Positions 57,997 through 64,000 of a DNA stretch of 64,000 nucleotides are shown here, piece after piece (position 1 is the stretch's first letter; each line of letters starts with the position of its first letter). The translations under genes and the position numbers were made by a program. The stretch spans positions 1,927,622 to 1,991,621 of the forward strand of contig CAXXUI010000002.1 of the NCBI GenBank assembly GCA_963662745.2. The letters run 5' to 3'. The DNA comes from Bryobacterales bacterium. GTDB taxonomy: Bacteria > Acidobacteriota > Terriglobia > Bryobacterales > UBA6623. Under the pieces are notes generated by a model. The model saw nothing but the letters and a program-made list of their open reading frames with translations. It was not told the origin of the DNA and searched no databases.

Positions 57997-60252
57997 TCAA
58001 TTCCGGTAGACGAATTCGTTGGAGTTCAGAAGCATGTGGCAGAAGTCGACCACCGCGGCCGCCTCCACCTCAGACATCAATTCAGGGTAGAAGTCCGGCA
58101 GCAGCAGTCCTTGGCCCGCCGCGGCCCGCTCGGCCACGATTTCGCGCTGCGTGTCCAGGAAGGTCAAGACGGTGTCCTTCTCCCACGAGTCGGGAGTGCG
58201 GGCGTAGGCCAGCCGGAACCCGGCCTCGACCTGGCGGCCGCGGTCGGCTCCGGCTCGCTCCAGCACACGGCCCGCCATGCCCTGCGCCCACCCGAGCGTG
58301 TGCTCGCTGTTGAGTAGGGCCAGCGCCTGGGGCGCGGTCGTGGTGGTGGACCGCCGTGAGCAGGACTCATGCGTGTCCGGCATGTCGAACGACTCGAGCA
58401 TGGGGTAGCGGGAATTGCGCCTCACGAACACGTACACGCTGCGCCGGTCTTGGGCGTGCCGGGCCTCCGGTACGTCCCATCCGCCCCGGGGAGCCGCAGC
58501 TCCATGCGGCAGGGCCGGGTAGGCGCTCGGCCCGCCGACCTCGGTGTTCAGCCGTCCCGCGACGGCCAGCATCGAGTCGCGGATGACTTCTCCTTCCAGT
58601 CGTTGGGGCGGGAAGCGCCACAGCAGCTTGTTGAACGGATCCCGCTCGGCGGCCTCCTCCCGGTGGTCGGAGTCTCTCCGGTAGGTGGCGGAGGTCATCA
58701 TCAGGCGGTGCATGTGCTTGAGGCTCCAGCCGCCACGCACGAATTCGGCGGCCAGCCAGTCCAGCAGTTCGGGGTGCGTGGGGCGCTCGCCCATCAGACC
58801 CAGATCGCTGGGCGTGCGGACGATTCCCTCACCGAAGTGGTAATGCCACAAGCGGTTGGCCATCACGCGCGCCGGAAGCGGATTCTCGGGATCGGTCAGC
58901 CACCGGGCCAAGGCGGTGCGGCGGCCCGAGGAGCGTCCGTCCCGGGCGGGGGCGTAGGACGCGGGGCCGGGCGCCAGCAGCGTCAAGAAACCCGGCTCGA
59001 CCTCATCCTTCGGGGCGGCGTAGTTGGCGAAGGACAGAATGTGCGTCTTGGGGGCGTCGGCCCCGAGTTCCTTGATGCCCATCCCAATCGGCAGCTCAGG
59101 TGGCTTGAGGTGGTCGAACCCGGCGAGTTCGGCCTGGAGGGCCAGATAGCGCTCCCTAACCTCGCCCTTCAGGGAGTTGGCCAGTCGCTCGTCGTTGTGA
59201 TAGCGCATCTGCCACATGTGCTGCTGGAAGAGAAGCCGCTCGTACATGCTGCGCTCGAAGTCCGGCTTGGCGAAGGCCGCCTGCGTCTCCGGCGCCCTGC
59301 GGTTGACCTGTGTCTCGAAGACGTCTTTGCGCTTCTGGTCGAGTATCTCGTCCATCTGCGACCGAATCTCGCGAGTTGCCTCCTGCCACTCCGCCAAGCG
59401 CCGGCTGTGCGCGGCCCGCTCCTCCTCGCTGAGCAGATGGACCTCGTCGTCCGGCGTGATGTTGGTGAAGAAGGCTTGCAGCCGGTAGTAGTCGGCTTGG
59501 AGGATCGGGTCGAACTTGTGGTCGTGGCACTTCGCGCAGCCGTAGGTCAGGCCCAGGAACACCGATCCCACTGTGTCTGTGATGTCGAGCAGGATCTCCT
59601 GCCGCCGCTGCACGAGGATGGCGGCGTTGGTCTCGTCGGGGTAGTGGCGGTTGAAGCCCGTGGCGATGCGTGCCGCCGGACTCTCGGGCCACAGCTCGTC
59701 CCCGGCGATCTGCTCTTGGACGAATCGGTCGTAGGGCTTGTCGTTGTTCAGCGACTCGATGACGTAGTCCCGGTACCGCCAGGCGTTCGGACGGGTCTCG
59801 TCGGCCTTGAAGCCCTCGCTCTCGGCGAAGCGGGCGAGGTCCAGCCAGTGCCGAGCCCACCGCTCGCCGTAGCGGGGCGAGGCCAGCAGGCGGTCGACCA
59901 GCTTGGCGAACGCGTCAGGGGAGTCGTCCGCCAGGAATTCGCTCACTGCCTGAGAGGTGGGGGGCAGGCCGTGCAGGTCAAATGTCGCCCGGCGAATGAG
60001 CGTGACTTTGTCCGCCTCGGGTCCGGGCCGGATTCCGTTCGCCGCCAGCTCGCTCGCAACGAAGGCGTCGATCGGGTTGGCGTGCCCGGTGCCGGGAACG
60101 GCCGGTTCGGCCACGGGCAGGAACGCCCAGTGTGACTGCTGGTGATCTGTGAAGGGCAGCTCCGCCGGTGCCTTGGCGGGCGCGGCTGCCTTGGCGGGCG
60201 CGAGAGCCGCGGCTGCGGCGACAAGGACTAGCGAGCGGATCAGTTTCGGCAT
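57997..60252 (-). CDS. DUF1549/DUF1553 (PSCyt2/PSD1) domain protein, no CxxCH domain (second copy)
   Basis: It has a signal peptide, PRYGERWARHWLDLARFAES (DUF1549-like) and CAKCHDHKFDP (DUF1553-like). It is paralogous in layout to 8713-11727 but lacks the N-terminal CxxCH module. Confidence 0.9.
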   Translation of the reverse strand: MPKLIRSLVLVAAAAALAPAKAAAPAKAPAELPFTDHQQSHWAFLPVAEPAVPGTGHANPIDAFVASELAANGIRPGPEADKVTLIRRATFDLHGLPPTSQAVSEFLADDSPDAFAKLVDRLLASPRYGERWARHWLDLARFAESEGFKADETRPNAWRYRDYVIESLNNDKPYDRFVQEQIAGDELWPESPAARIATGFNRHYPDETNAAILVQRRQEILLDITDTVGSVFLGLTYGCAKCHDHKFDPILQADYYRLQAFFTNITPDDEVHLLSEEERAAHSRRLAEWQEATREIRSQMDEILDQKRKDVFETQVNRRAPETQAAFAKPDFERSMYERLLFQQHMWQMRYHNDERLANSLKGEVRERYLALQAELAGFDHLKPPELPIGMGIKELGADAPKTHILSFANYAAPKDEVEPGFLTLLAPGPASYAPARDGRSSGRRTALARWLTDPENPLPARVMANRLWHYHFGEGIVRTPSDLGLMGERPTHPELLDWLAAEFVRGGWSLKHMHRLMMTSATYRRDSDHREEAAERDPFNKLLWRFPPQRLEGEVIRDSMLAVAGRLNTEVGGPSAYPALPHGAAAPRGGWDVPEARHAQDRRSVYVFVRRNSRYPMLESFDMPDTHESCSRRSTTTTAPQALALLNSEHTLGWAQGMAGRVLERAGADRGRQVEAGFRLAYARTPDSWEKDTVLTFLDTQREIVAERAAAGQGLLLPDFYPELMSEVEAAAVVDFCHMLLNSNEFVYRN

Positions 60253-60366
60253 GGGCTATAGCGTGCGCTTGGCAGGCAGACACTACCAAGTGCCTACACT
60301 ATGCGTCAACGGATGCCCGCTTGTCAACCTCTCAGGAGGCGGGATGCAGTCGAGTGGGTCGCGGGT

Positions 60367-62262
60367 TTAGACCTCTCGGGTCCTCTTGGCGGCCAGGCTG
60401 AAGCGCTGGTGCCACTCGGAATCCGCCCCGCCGCCGTAGCGGGCGGTCTCGACATCCACGACGTAAGGCCGCCCCTCCCGCGTCGCGTCGATGCCTCGCC
60501 TCAGAGCCGCTTCCAGTTCAGAGGACTCGTTGACCTTTTCTCCGGCCACCCCTTGGCTCTTGGCAAGCTCGGCGAAGCTGATGTCCGGATCCCCAAGGTA
60601 CATGCCCGTGTAGCGGTTCTCGTCGGCCATCCGGCCCGCGTAGCGGTGGTAGGCCCGGCGAACCGTCTGGTAGTTGCGGTTGTTGGAGACCACCGTCAGG
60701 ACGGGGATCTCGTAGCGGGCGAGCGTCCAGAAGCCCGCGGCGCTGTACATCACCGAGCCGTCCCCGATCGAGCAGATGACTTGTCGGTCGGGGAGAGCGA
60801 GCTTGGCCCCGGCCGCCGCTCCGATCCCCCATCCGAGTCCGTTGCCGGTGTTGGCCACGCGCATCATCTCGCCGTCCCGGTGGCCGAACGGGAACGCCCC
60901 GAACTTGGCGGTCAGGTTCTCGGGAACGATGACAGCGTCACGGTCGGCGACCTTGGCAAGAGTCATTCCGAGTTCGTCCGGATGGACCGGTCCTTGCCCG
61001 AAGTTGGCCAGCGCCGCCTTCTCCGCCGCCTCCCGCTGCTGGCGCGTGAAGGCCGCGAGGGCCTCGATGCGCGGCTTGGCCAATGCTTCGCGGCGGCTCG
61101 TCGAGGTGGCCGAATCGACGGCCAGATTGAGGTCGCGCAGACCTGCGCGGGACGTGCCGGCCAGCAGCAGGTCCGTCGGGTAGTTGCGGCTGACCGTGTC
61201 GGCGTTGGCTGTGAGCCGCACGAACTTGGCGCTGAGCGGGGCCTCCGGCCCTTTGGGCACGACCCGGCCGCCGAAGTCGGGTGCCCCGACGCTGAAGATC
61301 ACGTCTGCTCCGGCGACCAGCTCGTGGTGCTGGTTGAAGCGTCCGAGGTTCTGGGGGTGGTGGGCCGGGAAGTTCTCGAACCCTTGGCCGACATTGGTCA
61401 CGGGCAGGCCCAGCTTCTCGGCCAGCGTGAGCAGCTCGTCGCAGCCGTGCGTTCTCCACACCTCGTCGCCCACGACGACTACCGGTCGGCGGGCCTTGAC
61501 CAGCAGCTCGGCGGCCCGTTGCGCGGAGTCGATCGAGGGACGCATGGCGGCGGGGGGCATGAACCGCTCCCCGGGGAGGATGAACGCGCTGACGTCCCGC
61601 TCCTCCAAGGCGTGATGCGCCATGGCGAGGTAGGCCGGCCCGCCTGCCGGGGCGGTGGCCACCTTGAAGGCGCGCCGCAGCATCAGTGCCAGACTGCGGG
61701 CGTCCCGCGCCTCCCAGGAGATCTTGGTGAACTGGCGGTTGACCTCCTTCTGGTCGAAGCCCGGCCGCGGCGCCAGTCCGGCGTCATCGCTCCACAGCTC
61801 GTTGTCGTTCAGGCCGGCCGTGACGACCAAGGCGGAGCCGTCCTTGGAGGCGTTGTACATCTGCCCGGCGGCCTGGGCTGTGCCAGCGATGACGTGGAGG
61901 TTGACGAAGCCCGGCTTGCCGCTGGCGCGGTGGTAGCCGTCAGCCAGCGAGATGACGATGCCCTCATGCAGGCCCATGATGAGCTGAGTGCGGTCCTGGT
62001 CGAGGAAGGCGTCGAAGAAGCCGACCTCGAATGAGCCGGGGTTGGTGAACAGGTACTCGACTCCGGCCGCCTGCATCTGGGCGACGACGAGTTCGCCCCC
62101 GGTGCCGGTCAGCCTTGTCGCTCCGGCCTCGCTTTCCGAGGCGTCCAGCGTCTTGACGAGGGACTGCGCGGCGGCGGCAGTGAAGCCGAGATGGGCCAAG
62201 GTTTCGAACAGCCCTCGGCGGGAGATGTTGTTGCTCAGGTAGCTGGCGATGAGATGGCGCAC
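60367..62262 (-). CDS. thiamine-pyrophosphate-dependent enzyme (acetolactate-synthase-like fold) with a twin-arginine signal
   Basis: The TPP-binding motif is IGDGSVMYSAAGFWTLARYEIPVLTVVSNNRNY, and the N-terminal TPP_N is like GVEYLFTNPGS. I prefer the GTG at 62260-62262, which gives (M)RHLIASYLSNNISRRGLFETLAHLGFTAAAAQS. The listed 824-aa ORF likely over-extends. Confidence 0.8.
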   Translation of the reverse strand: MRHLIASYLSNNISRRGLFETLAHLGFTAAAAQSLVKTLDASESEAGATRLTGTGGELVVAQMQAAGVEYLFTNPGSFEVGFFDAFLDQDRTQLIMGLHEGIVISLADGYHRASGKPGFVNLHVIAGTAQAAGQMYNASKDGSALVVTAGLNDNELWSDDAGLAPRPGFDQKEVNRQFTKISWEARDARSLALMLRRAFKVATAPAGGPAYLAMAHHALEERDVSAFILPGERFMPPAAMRPSIDSAQRAAELLVKARRPVVVVGDEVWRTHGCDELLTLAEKLGLPVTNVGQGFENFPAHHPQNLGRFNQHHELVAGADVIFSVGAPDFGGRVVPKGPEAPLSAKFVRLTANADTVSRNYPTDLLLAGTSRAGLRDLNLAVDSATSTSRREALAKPRIEALAAFTRQQREAAEKAALANFGQGPVHPDELGMTLAKVADRDAVIVPENLTAKFGAFPFGHRDGEMMRVANTGNGLGWGIGAAAGAKLALPDRQVICSIGDGSVMYSAAGFWTLARYEIPVLTVVSNNRNYQTVRRAYHRYAGRMADENRYTGMYLGDPDISFAELAKSQGVAGEKVNESSELEAALRRGIDATREGRPYVVDVETARYGGGADSEWHQRFSLAAKRTREV

Positions 62263-62688
62263 TGGATTCTCCGGGGCGGTAAGCCACCTAGATGGTATGC
62301 GATCCGGAGGCGCTGGTGAGTCGTCGACGACCGTGTGCAGGAAGCAGGCGGCGGCCGTACACGCCCTCAGAAGCGCTCCGGCAGCGGGTCTGGCCGGCCC
62401 GTGTTCGGCGCGCTCGACTGACGTCAGCTCGAAGGGGATGCCGTAGCTGCGGAACTGCTCGGCCATTAGGGAAGACTGGATGCAGTTCGACTTTGCTAGC
62501 CACCATGCATCTCGCTTCCCAATCGATGCCTGTCGTCCCGGACACCGAGACCGTGACGGGCCGCACTCGGCGGGCAATGCCTCCCGCCAGCGGATCTGCC
62601 CGTTACCGGAAGCCCAGGGGCGGGGACGGCCCGTCCCCACGCCACCTCCCCGCGACGGCGCATCGCGACGGTCTAGTATGAGGTTGCC

Positions 62689-63298
62689 ATGGCAGGCTTT
62701 CTCTTGCACCGGCCCGAATTGGCAGCGGGGGCCAGTCCGTTCCAGCCTGGCTCCGGGAAGCTTCCGCCCTATCTGGCGGGCCGGGAGTCGGAGCAAGGGT
62801 TGATCCGGGGATGCCTTGGGGCCTAGCCCAGCGAACCGCACCTGCCAGCGACATCATCCTGTATGAGCCGAGGGGGAACGGCAAGACCGTGCTCATCGAA
62901 TGGGCTCGGCGCGAGGCGGAAGCGCTCAAGATCCCGGTGGCCAACTTGAATGGGGGTGCCATCCGGTCCGACGAGCACCTCGCCACCGCACTGTCTGTCG
63001 ACAGCCGCTGGCTCGCGGCACTGCGCGGCTTCACCTTGGGCCCCATCGGCGTCCGGCTGCCAAGCCTGCCCCCCGGTCCGGTCTCGTCCACTTTGGCCCG
63101 TAGGGTCCGCACGGGGTCCATCCTTGGCTTGCTCGACGAGGCGCACGTGCTCGGCGTCGAGCCCGGCTCGACATCGGTGATGTGCTGGCCAGCTGCGACA
63201 AGCTCAACCGCCGCTTGGGGTTCGGCCGGGAAGTCTGGACCCAAATGGCCGCCGCCTCGATGCGCGGTGGCGACGCCGGGCTCGACGAGCTGCCGTGA
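62689..63298 (+). pseudogene. frameshifted AAA/P-loop ATPase (AAA_16-like)
   Basis: The ATG at 62689 gives MAGFLLHRPELAAGASPFQPGSGKLPPYLAGRESEQGLIRGCLGA and stops at 62824-62826. The P-loop continuation (ILYEPRGNGKTVLIEW...ILGLLDEAHVL) is in a different frame (62811 onward). The sequence becomes unprotein-like after about 63160, where a third frame looks better. Confidence 0.45.
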
Positions 63299-63374
63299 CA
63301 CTGCGCGGCGCGATGGCAACGCGTCCGCGTCATTCGTGTCCGCGCCAGTCGCCCCGCTCCCGGGTCGCCGCGCC

Positions 63375-63593
63375 TCACACCCGCCTGACGGTCCACAGCA
63401 CCTTGCCGACGACGTGCACATCCCCGGCCGGGGCGGTGTAGTCGGCGTACTCCGCGTTGGCCGACTTCAGCCGCAGCCCCGGGCTACCTTCCCCGTCGGC
63501 GACGCGCTCCACGCGCTTGACCACCAACCCGTTGCCGTCCCACAGCACGAACATCTCGCCCGTGTCGGGCGCCCGCCGCGACGTGTCTATCAT
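63375..63593 (-). CDS. S24 (LexA/phage-repressor) peptidase C-terminal fragment
   Basis: GEMFVLWDGNGLVVKRVERV...LRLKSANAEYADYTAPAGDVHVVGKVLWTVRR matches the C-terminal half of S24 peptidases (the VKR Lys region). The Ser-containing N-terminal half and the DNA-binding domain are absent. Confidence 0.45.
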   Translation of the reverse strand: MIDTSRRAPDTGEMFVLWDGNGLVVKRVERVADGEGSPGLRLKSANAEYADYTAPAGDVHVVGKVLWTVRRV

Positions 63594-64000
63594 CGGCTTC
63601 CTTCAGTTCCAATTCGCGCTGGAGATACTCGCCCTCGGTCTCGCGCACCTCGCCGCCGCCCGAATCGCCCGGCGCCTTGTCCTGTTTCCGCTCGTAGACC
63701 TTGATACAGTTGGCGGGCGATTCCGCAAGTCGTCCGTCATGGGCTTGAAGTGCCCGCAGCACCCGCCCGCCCGTCCTGTAACCGTCGGTGCCCCGTTGGA
63801 GCGCGTCCGCGACATCGCGGCCAGGCTCGACTACAACGGGAATGATGATGTAGCCGAAACGCTTGCCCTCCGCCTTCCTCATGACGCGTTCCACAGCCTG
63901 GACGACATCCACCTGACTGTCCCGCGGGTCGAGGAAGGCAACGGCGTCGAGCGACGGCATGTCCACGCCCTCCGTGAACAGCTTGACGCTGCAGACCAGC
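63484..64000 (-). CDS. superfamily-2 helicase C-terminal region (type III restriction res-subunit/DEAD-like), 5' end outside window, possibly a remnant
   Basis: The frame is open to the window edge: ...LVCSVKLFTEGVDMPSLDAVAFLDPRDSQVDVVQAVERVMRKAEGKRFGYIIIPVVV, which is like helicase motifs V-VI with Glu in place of the usual Gly of Q..GR. The last ~40 codons overlap the S24 fragment and look non-coding. Confidence 0.5.
   Translation of the reverse strand, partial: LVCSVKLFTEGVDMPSLDAVAFLDPRDSQVDVVQAVERVMRKAEGKRFGYIIIPVVVEPGRDVADALQRGTDGYRTGGRVLRALQAHDGRLAESPANCIKVYERKQDKAPGDSGGGEVRETEGEYLQRELELKEADDRHVAAGARHGRDVRAVGRQRVGGQARGARRRRGR

Noticed and set aside
60169-60204. 18-nt tandem duplication TGCCTTGGCGGGCGCGGC / TGCCTTGGCGGGCGCGAG
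   Set aside because: It encodes the duplicated APAKA(A/P) peptide in the signal-peptide/linker region of the DUF1549/DUF1553 protein. It is a small slippage duplication, not a repeat array.

Overview
This is a high-GC bacterial chromosomal segment. My spot counts of single 60-nt lines give about 70-73% G+C in ordinary genes. The gene content suggests an Acidobacteriota-like (Solibacter/Bryobacter-type) soil organism, which is inference only. That content includes a giant NHL-repeat protein with Solibacter-type C-terminal Ig-like domains, a CarboxypepD_reg-type TonB-dependent receptor, two PSCyt/DUF1549/DUF1553 + DUF1501 gene pairs, a CRTAC1/ASPIC-like FG-GAP protein and many twin-arginine signal peptides. 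Recognisable housekeeping genes are gatC-gatA, hsp20-clpB, an Fe/Mn superoxide dismutase, enolase, trpF, rmuC and a 4-gene overlapping operon ending in HhH-GPD glycosylase and NUDIX (MutT-like) genes. There are three accessory or unusual regions. (1) An AT-richer (about 38-57% G+C in spot counts) two-gene cassette lies at about 21.7-25.2 kb and is flanked on both sides by ORF-poor DNA. It encodes a small protein with a HEPN-like C-terminus, translationally coupled (ATGA overlap) to a 917-aa protein that fuses a KGGVGR-variant ParA/MinD-like ATPase to a second, unrelated P-loop NTPase. This is my best candidate for an undescribed NTPase-based conflict/defence system. (2) An apparently intact 3,046-bp IS4/Tn5-like element (46475-49520) has 173-bp imperfect terminal inverted repeats, a 9-bp target-site duplication and a transposase with a DUF4338-like N-terminal extension. 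(3) A decayed region at the right edge holds a frameshifted AAA ATPase, an S24-peptidase fragment and a helicase C-terminal fragment. Other observations are a single in-frame TGA splitting a CRTAC1-like/thioredoxin/TPR protein, an Nramp-related transporter with NRMT-type (Mg2+-like) site substitutions next to a soluble MgtE-N/CBS protein, and a small protein ending in an SSB-like DDVPF tip. I also note an EF-hand pair inside a PQQ-like propeller and a Tat-signal TPP enzyme. No rRNA, tRNA or CRISPR array was found by eye. All family assignments come from motif recognition and memory. No searches were run.
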